A stretch of DNA of 63,929 bases, the filler included, from Reclinomonas americana ATCC 50394 (lineage: Eukaryota), in assembly GCA_048213135.1 (NCBI GenBank). It is 20 parts of 20 records of this genome, joined end to end, with 100 filler letters (N's around TTAATTAATTAA, not from the genome) between each part and the next. Parts side by side here need not be neighbours in the genome. Positions count along the whole stretch, not along the records: positions 1 to 4,603 come from AFZH01021548.1; positions 4,704 to 15,048 come from AFZH01021549.1; 18 more parts are not named here. One strand, written 5' to 3'. Both the position numbers and the translations under genes were made by a program. Under the pieces are notes generated by a model that was not told where the DNA came from, did no database searches, and was given only the letters and a program-made list of their open reading frames with translations. This document shows, piece by piece, positions 1-8,875 of this stretch (position 1 is the stretch's first letter; each line of letters opens with the position of its first letter).

Positions 1-390
1 ACACCCGTGCCGTGACCGACGCGTTGACCGACGACATGCGTACGAGCGGCCTGAGCCATCTCACGGCGGTGAGCGGAGGCACAGTTGTTCCTAGGGATGG
101 GTTGAGGGCTACGCCCGAGCCGTCCCAGGTCGTGTCCAGGAGGCTTCGGCTTGCCGGACGATCGCCACAAGGAATGGAGTGACCTTCAACCTAGACTGTG
201 TGCGACACGTACTGGCTGGCCGGGTCGAGGGAGCAAGGAGCATTTACGGCACATGGCTAGCCTCGAAGTACGACGAACTGCTAGATGTGTCGCTCTGCCG
301 AGTGTTCTCGCGGTTACATTTGCGCGGTCGGGTGCCCGTCTCAGTTCATCTGAGCAAGCGGGTTTCGCAGCGAGCGTGGGGGATTCGTTG

Positions 391-657
391 TCACCGACGG
401 ATCAGCACGTAACCGCGGCGCTTGGACTCTTGGAAGTTGTCGCGAAGTTCGCGCCTGGTCAGTTCCTTTAGCTCGGCGGAAGATGGAATGCTGCAACCAC
501 CACCTCCGCCGCCGCCGCCCTGCGAGTAACCGGGGCCGGAGTTCGGCTCGCAGCGAAGCTCCGGAGGGACTTGCCGGTCTACTCCGACGCAGATGTCGTG
601 CGGGTGGTTGGAACTGCATTCAATCTTGACACTGACGTATCGGTCGGGCTGAGGCAT
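391..657 (-). CDS. Small hypothetical protein (88 aa) with Cys/His residues and a poly-Gly linker
   Basis: AAGGAG upstream of ATG at 657; MPQPDRYVSVKIECSSNHPHDICV...GGGGGGGGC. Confidence 0.6.
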   Translation of the reverse strand: MPQPDRYVSVKIECSSNHPHDICVGVDRQVPPELRCEPNSGPGYSQGGGGGGGGCSIPSSAELKELTRRELRDNFQESKRRGYVLIRR

Positions 658-813
658 CTTTGTCTCCTTGTAGTAGCGCCAGGAACCGCAGGCACTGAGA
701 GCAGTGTGGCGGTTACCACCGACATTCGGCCGCCCTTCCGGCGACCACTCATAGCGTCGAGCTCTCATCCATCGTCGATGGAAAGTCACTGAACGCAAGC
801 TAAGTCGGTCGAG

Positions 814-844
814 CCCAGAGACCAGATACCAGATACCAGATACC
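814..844. repeat. Heptamer tandem repeat (ACCAGAT)x3 plus degenerate flanks
   Basis: Read directly from sequence. Confidence 0.8.
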
Positions 845-1138
845 GCAAATAGTCTTCGGCAGCTAGCTTTTCGAGCTCGATCATCCATTTGATGCGAAGA
901 TTGCGATCGCGACCCGTCCCAGTCCTGTGGCGAGAAGCGCCGATCCCGTGAGAATGTGCTGCATCGCTGTCATCCCGCGACCGAGGACGAGCCAAGCGAA
1001 GAGCATGAGCCCGGCGATGTCGGTGCCGACGAATGCCACGATTGTCGTCGGCCAGTCTGTTCGGCTCTGGCGCTGGACACGCGGAGGCACGGTCCGAACC
1101 GGAACTGACCCGGATACCGGTTCGCTCGCGAACTGGCG

Positions 1139-1873
1139 TCACGCTTCGGCAGACAACATGCGCTGTGCGCTGTAGACATGTGACTCTGCCTGCGTCAGCA
1201 GAGCGACGTCGATGAGGGTGAGCGTCGGGAGAGGAATCTCGCCGGCATCGGCGGTGCGCAAGCGCTTGTATGGCGTCACCCAGACGAAGCAGTCCACGCC
1301 GGACTGCCTCATCACCCCCACGAAAGCCGAGTCGGCAAACCATAAGTGTGGCGTGTCCGTGCCAGGACGCCCTAACGCGCCCAGCGTTTCGAAATAGGCT
1401 GTGGACTCGTCGAAAATCAAGAACCCGAGGTCGAACCCTGGCCGCTCGCTCCGGTACGCATCCACCTTGCGGGCGTGGTCGGAAACGGTCCGCGTGAACT
1501 GCTCGACGTAGGCCCGATAGTTGTGGTTCTGATGAGTCGGGAGTCCGCTGCTCACAGATGCGGTCACGGTTGCGTCCTCATGGACGTCGAGACCGAGCTC
1601 CTTGATCTCCCGGAGCACCGCACCCTCTCGTGCCCGCGTCTTGTCTTTCTTGCCTGGTCGCGGGTGGTCATCCACGGCCATCACTTCTAGGAGCAGCGAC
1701 GAAGTGAGGTCCTCGAAATCGGGGCGTTCGCGCTGATCGAGGTCCCCGCTTCGAATTGCCGCGAGGAACTTGTGGGCGAGCTCGCTCTCCGCGGGATAGA
1801 AACATACGGCTGAATCCCCGGCGTCCGAAGCGAGGTCGACGATGTCCTGCTCGTTCTTGTATGTGAGCTTCAT
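1139..1873 (-). CDS. Hypothetical protein (244 aa), possible PD-(D/E)XK-like nuclease fold
   Basis: Probable start MKLTYKNEQ at 1873; ERPDF...LLLEVMAVDDH and GFLIFDES motifs. Confidence 0.55.
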   Translation of the reverse strand: MKLTYKNEQDIVDLASDAGDSAVCFYPAESELAHKFLAAIRSGDLDQRERPDFEDLTSSLLLEVMAVDDHPRPGKKDKTRAREGAVLREIKELGLDVHEDATVTASVSSGLPTHQNHNYRAYVEQFTRTVSDHARKVDAYRSERPGFDLGFLIFDESTAYFETLGALGRPGTDTPHLWFADSAFVGVMRQSGVDCFVWVTPYKRLRTADAGEIPLPTLTLIDVALLTQAESHVYSAQRMLSAEA

Positions 1874-1922
1874 CCTCGGACCCTGCTTTCGGTAGCTACC
1901 GGTCCTCGAATCGCCTGGCGGC

Positions 1923-2117
1923 TTACTGTGCGGCGATGTGTTCCCACGTGACGCTGTATGCACCAGCACCCTTCTGCATGTCCTGGTAGAAGTCCCATCC
2001 CTGATCGCGGTTGGTGAAGATGCGCTCGTGCGTCGCACCCCTCTCCGCGACGGATCGCCAGGTGACGCGATAGTTCAGACTCGCGTCTTCAATACCACTG
2101 GTTGGCTCGTGCTGCAT
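1923..2117 (-). CDS. Small hypothetical protein (64 aa)
   Basis: AAGGAG 7 nt upstream of ATG (MQHEPTSG...). Confidence 0.55.
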   Translation of the reverse strand: MQHEPTSGIEDASLNYRVTWRSVAERGATHERIFTNRDQGWDFYQDMQKGAGAYSVTWEHIAAQ

Positions 2118-2257
2118 GGCATGCTCCTTGCGTCGTCCGGCAGGAAGATCCACCGGCCTCTTTCTACTGTTCCCGGCTCGCGCGGCGCACGGCCATCCAA
2201 CGGGGTGAGGCAAGTTACGGCCCTTCGTGGCCAAGAGACCCCATGATGGCAACGATT

Positions 2258-2306
2258 GATCGGTGATCGGTGATCGGTGATCGGTGATCGGTGGTTGGTG
2301 GTTGGT
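2258..2306. repeat. Heptamer tandem repeat (GATCGGT)x5 + (GGTTGGT)x2
   Basis: Read directly from sequence; intergenic. Confidence 0.9.
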
Positions 2307-2562
2307 GCATCCGCTATCGGCCAGCGAAATCGTCCGTGCATCAAGGACTGACCACGCAGCGCCTGCGTGCACAGGGTCGGTGGGCGAGGCCAACCACGCT
2401 GAGGCAGTGGGCGGCCAGGGGCCGACTTCGGCTGTTCTTGCGTCGAGAGCCACATCCTGGCAGGCTCCGAAGTCCAGGCGATCGGCGGTGTACAGACCGT
2501 GGAGGATCCCCTAGCGAATCCGGTGGCATCACCTACTCACGCTGGCTGCCCGTCATGTGAAC

Positions 2563-3516
2563 TCATGCGATTACGTCGTCATGCCACGGGCCCATGTACA
2601 CCAGGAGGGAATTCGGCCGAGCGGGCTTCCCGTGGAGCATTGGCGCGTGACCGACCAGGCCCTGACGCAATGCCGTAGTCTCCGGTAGCTCTCGGTCAGG
2701 CCGCATAAATCGCTTGCCTCCCGCGTAGTCAGCGCGGGTGGCATCGTCGTCCGCCACCACGGTCGCGCCACTGAGCTCCTCGACGCACACCACGATGTTC
2801 GAATACCGACCGAGCGGATCCGAGGCGAGGCCCAAGAGGATGACGGGGTTTGCAGATCCCGCTGCTGTGATGACATGGTCGAAAGCGCGCTTGTTCATTG
2901 GCCACACTTCGTGCGCGTTGTCCCAGGCCACCTGGCGAGATGCGCCGGCGAACTGGCCAGTTGAGTCCCGGCCACCCCACACGCCCTTGGAGGAGACGAC
3001 GATGAAATCGCGATTCGCTGGAAGTTCCACCTTTCGGGCCTGATTCACAACGCTCAACGACTCATGCGCTCCGAACACGTAGTCGTGACCGGACACCCGG
3101 TTGATGATGCGGTCAGACTCCGGCATAGGCAGATTTCTCAGGGTGTCGATGAGAGCAGCCTCCACAGCGAACGCCATCTTCTCATCCATGTCTTCGCCGT
3201 CCTTCTTGATTAGCCACTGAACCACTGGTTCAGCACCGGCATCGCGGATCTCCTTCACCCGATCCCGGACGGTGGACCTCTCTCGCGCTTTTTCATTGAG
3301 CAGCGCAGCGCCGTTGACCGAGTTCGTGGTCAGGGACTCCTCGACGGCGATCTCCGCTTCGCCTTCCGGCAGCTCGGTCACTGTTTCCGGAGACACGGAA
3401 AGGTGTTGCCAAGTCCGATTGCCGGTACCCTTCCCGATGTAGAACGGCCAAGTGGAGCGGGGGTCGATGAGCTTGTACACGTAGTACCGCTTGGATCGCT
3501 TCTTGAGCGTGGTCAT
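2563..3516 (-). CDS. GIY-YIG nuclease, LEM-3-like N-terminal domain
   Basis: YYVYKLIDPR..PFYIGKGTGNR..QH; AFAVEAALID; IINRVSGH. Confidence 0.85.
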   Translation of the reverse strand: MTTLKKRSKRYYVYKLIDPRSTWPFYIGKGTGNRTWQHLSVSPETVTELPEGEAEIAVEESLTTNSVNGAALLNEKARERSTVRDRVKEIRDAGAEPVVQWLIKKDGEDMDEKMAFAVEAALIDTLRNLPMPESDRIINRVSGHDYVFGAHESLSVVNQARKVELPANRDFIVVSSKGVWGGRDSTGQFAGASRQVAWDNAHEVWPMNKRAFDHVITAAGSANPVILLGLASDPLGRYSNIVVCVEELSGATVVADDDATRADYAGGKRFMRPDRELPETTALRQGLVGHAPMLHGKPARPNSLLVYMGPWHDDVIA

Positions 3517-4277
3517 GGTGATTTCTCAATCTGATTGGAGTCGGAGAACAACGGGCATTTGCTGTTCCGGCGAGCTTCGTGGGTGGCGCCTTCTCCTGGT
3601 TCAGGAGCGCTGCGCATTCGGATTCTTCCATCTCAGCGACTCGGCGTCGGAGTGTTTGTCATCCTTGCTCACGCCGCAAGCCTCGCAGTCACCGCTTGGC
3701 GGTGCAGCCACGGGGTTCCCAGTCGCCGCGCTTGGGTTTCACACGAGTCGGCAACGCTAGTGGGTTCAAGTTGCAGCGTTTCCGCCACCACGAAGCCCCG
3801 AATCTCGTTCAAACGGCCGGGGTGCGGTTCTTTGTCAGGCCGATCTGGGGTGCGGTAACGCAGGGGTGGGGCCCTTCGACCGAGATTTGGGAGGGCGCGA
3901 TGATCGTCGCAAGAATCCCGGACGACGCTATACCCCTGCAGATTCCTTCAAGGGGTCGAGGGAGCGACCGCAAGGCTCAAGCTAGCGCCGATCATCCTGT
4001 GACCTCACGATTTTCGGGGAGGAACAATCAGGGGTTATCGCGGGATAGCTGAAGCTGCGGATAGGCCCCATCAGCGCTGTTTTTCTTTGTCGCAGGCTTA
4101 TCGAAGATGCGCTCGAATACGCGGAGTAGATGCGGGGTCTAGATCAGTCTGAGAGATAGCGAGGCCAGCTTGTGATGTCCGCTGACCGGTCGTTGCGCGT
4201 CACACGCACAGTGTGAATCGCTACGCTACGTCCAACACGTCGAGCCCCCCTCGGCGAACGATCTACACCTTGACCGG

Positions 4278-5421
4278 TTACCTCGAGAATGTGTGTGTCG
4301 GCGTATAGAGTGCGGCCCTTCCGGAGCTGCGCTCTACGACGCGAGCTGCGAGTCGTGCGAGGCTCGCGGCTCGCTTGTCCTCACTTTCGGCGGATGGCAC
4401 CCAGCGAACTTGTTCGGCGCCGCGAGGAAGGGCCTCGAGCAGCCGTGTGACGAAGGAGGGCTCAATGGATTCGGCATACGCGATTCGGCCCCCCAAACGG
4501 AGGCGTAACGTGTCTGGAAGCACACGAGCCCGATGTGCATGAGACTCAAGGCCGTAGCGGCCGATGTAGTAGAGCTCCTGCCGAAGTTGCCTCTTGAAGG
4601 GCCNNNNNNNNNNNNNNNNNNNNNNNNNNNNNNNNNNNNNNNNNNNNTTAATTAATTAANNNNNNNNNNNNNNNNNNNNNNNNNNNNNNNNNNNNNNNNN
4701 NNNGGGGGAGTCTCGGGCGATCATTTTCTGACGTCGAAAGACCGGTCACATACAGGGGCTGTCCATACTTCAGCGTCCGCACCTTCCCCAGGTTGATCTC
4801 GTGTCCGTGCTTCTCGCTCATGCGGATCATCTCCGCAGACACGTCGAAGGGCATGCTCCCGGAAAACGTGATGTCGTCGGCGTATCGCGTCACTGAAAGC
4901 CCGCGGTTACTGGCGAGTGCGACTAGATCTGCGTCGAAAACCGCCATGGCTACGTTCGCCATGGCTGGACTGGTGGCGAAGCCGGTGGGTAGCTTCCCGT
5001 TCACGGTTGACAGTCGGGCAAGCATCTCGGCGACGACCTCGTGGAATCCGTACTGACACAGCCCCCGGACGATTGCTTGCCTGTCGATGTGGCCGAAGAA
5101 GGACTTCAAGTCGAAGCGTTGAAGGTAGCGGTTTCCGACGTGTGGAACTGCGTTCTGGAGGATCGATCGCCCACGAACATAACCGGTCACATGTGACGGG
5201 AGGTCAATACTCACGCCCGTGAGTAGAGCAAGCACTCTACGGTGGATGTTCTTCAAGGATTCGCTAGTGGGGCGCGTCACTTCCCGCGGTTTGCCGCCGC
5301 GGTCGAGCATGTACCGCTCGACAAGACGGGATCGATCCAATTGATCGGCGTAGTTCTCAAGCTGTTCTTGCGTAGCTCCAAGGAACGGCTCTAGCTGTCG
5401 CAGGGTCAACACGAAGGACAC
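4278..5421 (-). CDS. Retron reverse transcriptase (~347 aa), interrupted only by the artificial linker 4604-4703
   Basis: NAVPH (retron region X, NAxxH), FDLKSFF, LPTGFATSPAMAN, RYADD, YVTGL (region Y, VTG). Removing the linker gives an in-frame join ...DRPRLP-R-PFKRQLRQELYYIGRYGLESH...GRIAYAESIEP. GTG 5421 is preferred over ATG 5445 because the latter lies inside the ncRNA. Confidence 0.93.
4604..4703. other. Artificial contig linker N44-TTAATTAATTAA-N44 (first of 19)
   Basis: Identical six-frame-stop spacer recurs throughout the window. Confidence 0.99.
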
Positions 5422-5425
5422 TGCC

Positions 5426-5514
5426 GAGGTCCGGGGGCTCATCATCCCTGACTAGTAGTGGACCGTAAAATCACAGACGCGACTCGCGCCCCGAATGCTT
5501 GCTCCCCGGACCTC
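5426..5514 (-). ncRNA. Retron msr-msd non-coding RNA (predicted, 89 nt)
   Basis: Perfect 11-bp inverted repeat GAGGTCCGGGG/CCCCGGACCTC (5514-5504 with 5436-5426). The 5' arm is followed by AGC (candidate branching G at 5502). Two adjacent small hairpins (5490-5476, 5476-5463). Lies directly upstream of a retron RT. Confidence 0.75.
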
Positions 5515-6193
5515 ATAGTAACTCTATTCCTTTGCGTGCGGACTGGTGAAGGCGTCGATCGAAGTCGATCAAATGCGCGAGGTGAACGTCCAGTCCATGG
5601 TTGATCCGCGACTGCTCAAACGGTCTCGGACTCGCGAACAGAGCCATGCTCGACAGCGCAAGGACGTAGTCGACTAGTGCGAGGGCGGGCGCAGCTTTCG
5701 TGCCGATCTGTGTGTGGACGTGAAGTTCGACTCCAGCCACGTTCGATAGATCATCACACGCGACCTCGACGATTGCGGCGTACAGGCCATCCATCCTCGA
5801 CTCTTCTTCGAACACGAACAGAATCTCAGATGTTCGGTAACGCAGAACTATGTTGCGCACGAGCGTGTAATACATGTTGATCATGAGCGTCACGTCGTCG
5901 ACGGCGGACGCGCGTCGTGAGAAAGCGACGTGCGCTCGGAAGTCCATCGATCGGAAGGCCTGAACGAATGCTTGTCGGATGGTGTCATTGTCATCCGCGT
6001 GGTGAAACCCGCGGGTCGCGAACTCCGTGCGCTTGTCCGACTCGTGCCAATAGACCCCATCTGCGAGAACGTCGCCGTATGCGGCGATGACCTCCTGCTC
6101 CAGGACCGCGGCGTCAGGACTCACGACTGCGCCGACCAGAATGCCCTGTGAGGTCGCGTGGGTTCCGGACTCGTCGAGAAACACGGTGATCAT
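5513..6193 (-). CDS. DUF3800-family (RNase H-like fold) protein, putative retron effector
   Basis: N-terminal VFLDESG, central GFH and FVFEE, C-terminal LALVDY; stop codon overlaps the ncRNA 5' arm. Confidence 0.8.
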   Translation of the reverse strand: MITVFLDESGTHATSQGILVGAVVSPDAAVLEQEVIAAYGDVLADGVYWHESDKRTEFATRGFHHADDNDTIRQAFVQAFRSMDFRAHVAFSRRASAVDDVTLMINMYYTLVRNIVLRYRTSEILFVFEEESRMDGLYAAIVEVACDDLSNVAGVELHVHTQIGTKAAPALALVDYVLALSSMALFASPRPFEQSRINHGLDVHLAHLIDFDRRLHQSARKGIELL

Positions 6194-6199
6194 GCCCCG

Positions 6200-6205
6200 A
6201 GAGTA
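6200..6205 (-). promoter_or_regulatory. -10 box (TACTCT) of a probable leaderless transcript for the retron operon
   Basis: TANNNT hexamer 6 nt upstream of ATG 6193; no SD sequence. Confidence 0.55.
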
Positions 6206-6350
6206 CCGAAACCCGAAGGATCCGGTTCTTAGCGCGGCAGCGGCCTAACGGCGCTTCCAAGGCGTCAGCCACCCTCACTGCGTGCGAGATCTCCTGCCGC
6301 CCGGCTGAGCGAATGGCGGCGCGTCCCAGGCGCCCCCTACGATGAGGCTC

Positions 6351-7496
6351 ATGACTGGCGACGAACAGCGGAATGCGAAACGCATCAAGCTGACCGGTGC
6401 CCGCTTCGAGGGAGGACGGCTCCCCGTCGACTCGCTGGTGGAGCTCGAGCGCTACCAGCGTGCCGTGCAACTCATGGCGGAGCATGAGTGGCGCCGCGAG
6501 CACCCTGGCGAGATCCCGCCCGCTGAGATCACCGAGGCCGTCAGCCTCGCGATCGAGCGAATCGAAAAGGGCAGCGCCGACATCTTCCTCGCCTTCGAGC
6601 AGCACGCTGTCTATGAGGAGTACCAGGCCAGCGCCCAGGACGCGGTTGACTCCACGATCGAAGCTGCGTACCTCGGGCTTGAACTTCCCGACCTCCCCGA
6701 AGAAGTCGGAGACGAAGTGCGGGAGACGCTCGCCGAGATCGGCGAGACCTTGCAGTCAGGTCAGTCGATGCAGTTCTTCGTCGGAGATCCGGGTGCCGAA
6801 CCGGTCGAGATCACGATCGAGACGCGCCCTGCCGCCGCCGAGCGCCTGATCCTCTTCACGTTCTTGCAGGCTCCCGCTCCGAAGCCTGAGACCGGCATCA
6901 CCCGCGAAGTCACGAGTCTCGTCGCACGTGTGACTGTCATCGATGCCGAGCACATGAAGTACGAGCTCAACAGCGAAGCGTACGGACTCATCCATGGACG
7001 CTATCGTGACAACCCGGAGATACTCGACGCTCTCCGCGAGGTGGTCAACTCGACAAGCGACGGTCCTCTGACCCGCATTTTCGGGCAGCTTCGATACAAG
7101 GCCGACAAGCCATGGTCTTTCTGGACGACGACGAGGATCGAGCGGGTCGAGTTCGACGACACTGACTGGGGTAGGTCACTGGCCCGATACGCTGCACTCC
7201 CGGCCGCGTGGGCTGGCGGGCAAGGCGAGCAGATCAGTTCGATCGCACTCGACGCGACACAAGCGCTGATGCGGCTGATGGGGGCGAGCGCACAGGCTCC
7301 CGCAATGGCACCCACCGAAGACGGCGGCGTCTTGCTCGAGTGGACCGATCAATCTCGGATCCGTTCCGTCGAGATTCTCGAAGACGGCACGTTCGAACTT
7401 TTCAGCATGTCTCGTGACGAGCACCGCGGACGGCAGACCGAGACGATCGATGTCTCGGAAGCCGCCTCGTTCGTGAGGGAGCGAACCCATGACTGA
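6351..7496 (+). CDS. Hypothetical protein (~381 aa), first gene of a coupled two-gene module
   Basis: Long ORF; TACGAT at 6338-6343 suggests a leaderless start at ATG 6351; C-terminal LPAAWAG..IS..P..APTEDGGVLLEW motif. Confidence 0.8.
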   Translation: MTGDEQRNAKRIKLTGARFEGGRLPVDSLVELERYQRAVQLMAEHEWRREHPGEIPPAEITEAVSLAIERIEKGSADIFLAFEQHAVYEEYQASAQDAVDSTIEAAYLGLELPDLPEEVGDEVRETLAEIGETLQSGQSMQFFVGDPGAEPVEITIETRPAAAERLILFTFLQAPAPKPETGITREVTSLVARVTVIDAEHMKYELNSEAYGLIHGRYRDNPEILDALREVVNSTSDGPLTRIFGQLRYKADKPWSFWTTTRIERVEFDDTDWGRSLARYAALPAAWAGGQGEQISSIALDATQALMRLMGASAQAPAMAPTEDGGVLLEWTDQSRIRSVEILEDGTFELFSMSRDEHRGRQTETIDVSEAASFVRERTHD

Positions 7497-7962
7497 CGCT
7501 CCTGATCTCGAGCTCGCAGAAGGCGAGACGCTCCTTGTCGATGCAGATGAGTTGGCCCTGCGTCAGATCACAGAGTGGATGGTCCTCGACGGTACGATCC
7601 TCACTCACGTCTTCGGGCCGTCCAACGCCGACAACGGGAAGCCCTCGTACTCACGCGGGTCGGTCGTGGACGCGCAGTCGGCCCGCGATTGGCACAGCAC
7701 CCGCAGCACCGCCAGCCGGTCGACCGGTGTCTGGGCTGTGACGGTCGGGGAAGTTCTTGCGGCGGGGCGCCATGTGATCGACGACAGCGGCGCGCCCGAA
7801 GTGCCCGGGGTCGAACGCGCTCCCGGGCATTGCTACGTTGACTTCCGCGGACTGCCCAAACCGGAGATCAAGTCGATCCGCTATCTCCTCTGGCAGCGCG
7901 CAATGGATCGCGGTGAGATTCCCACCGACGAGCCTCTTCCGGACGGGCATTTAATCGCCTGA
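7489..7962 (+). CDS. Hypothetical protein (157 aa), possible ADP-ribosyltransferase-like fold
   Basis: 8-nt overlap with the upstream gene; LRQ...F.P...D.GKPSYS...GVWAVTV...GHCYVDF pattern. Confidence 0.6.
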   Translation: MTDAPDLELAEGETLLVDADELALRQITEWMVLDGTILTHVFGPSNADNGKPSYSRGSVVDAQSARDWHSTRSTASRSTGVWAVTVGEVLAAGRHVIDDSGAPEVPGVERAPGHCYVDFRGLPKPEIKSIRYLLWQRAMDRGEIPTDEPLPDGHLIA

Positions 7963-7977
7963 GATGCAGCGGACGAT

Positions 7978-8424
7978 TCACTTTTCGTGTGACGGCTGAA
8001 GAGACTGCCGGATTTCTCTCAGTACGGCGCTGACCGCGAGTTGAGCTTCGAGGGCGTCCTTCTTGTAGTCGGGCATCTCGGGGTCGTCGTGCGCGGCTTG
8101 CAGACGCGTGTCGTCGCCGACGCTCTCTTCCCACAGGTTCGGGAGACGCTCACACCCGAGAGCTCCGATCAAGGTGAGAGCTTCGGCGCCCATCTTCCTA
8201 ACCTCGACCGCGTCGGTTGATCCACCCGGTTCGGGTTGTCGAGGAGTTTCGTGAGCCTCTGCAATTCGAACACGAGATGGTGTCTGCCGCAGGGCTTCGC
8301 GGCGGTCCTCAGTGGCCAGCAGTGCCGCGGCGGCTCGGTCGTCCTCGGCTATCTTCTGGGCGTTTCTGCGGTCCTTGGCAGACACGACGAGCGCCACGAT
8401 TGCCGCGGCGGCTGCGGCGATCAC
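7978..8424 (-). CDS. Membrane-anchored hypothetical protein, possibly with two compensating frameshifts near 8225-8285
   Basis: Hydrophobic N-terminus followed by a helical charged region. Confidence 0.45.
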   Translation of the reverse strand: MIAAAAAAIVALVVSAKDRRNAQKIAEDDRAAAALLATEDRREALRQTPSRVRIAEAHETPRQPEPGGSTDAVEVRKMGAEALTLIGALGCERLPNLWEESVGDDTRLQAAHDDPEMPDYKKDALEAQLAVSAVLREIRQSLQPSHEK

Positions 8425-8875
8425 GACTGCGATCTGGATGAGGTTTCCGATGCACCGACAACTACCCGACGGGTGATGGTGCGGTCTTGCTAGGGGCCGG
8501 GGGCAGAGGCGAACAAATTTGCTCTGTTTCCTTCCCTGTTTCGCCGTCGAGACTGCTTGTCATCGGGGAAGACCTTCCTGAGGGCATGCCGGTCGTGAAT
8601 CGCGTCACCGCGAACTGCAGGCGCTGGATCATCGGTGCCCCAGGAACCCTCAATTTGAACTGGGCGAAGTCTGCGGAGGAGGAGGCCTGAGGATCGACCA
8701 CGCCTAGAAACTGCGTTGCACTCAGTGAGCGTGACAGTCGTTGCAAGCCCTGGCTGCATAGACAGGTGGCTCCGCTGGCCGAAGCGCTCGGAACCTATCT
8801 GCGTTCCGACAGCGGCTCGAGATCGGCCGCCGCCGGATAGCGCCCGCCGTCCGTGCCCCGCGTTAGGGTTCTCTT

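Noticed and set aside
4278..5421. RT as a group II intron, DGR or CRISPR-associated RT
   Set aside because: Short, has NAxxH and VTG retron motifs; no maturase domain, TR/VR pair or cas genes seen.
5422..5445. ATG start of the RT at 5445/5442
   Set aside because: Falls inside the predicted msd/a1 arm; GTG 5421 fits better, though this is not proven.
6234..6308. GCGGCAG/CTGCCGC inverted repeat as an alternative retron ncRNA
   Set aside because: Only 7 bp, and it lies upstream of the predicted leaderless promoter.
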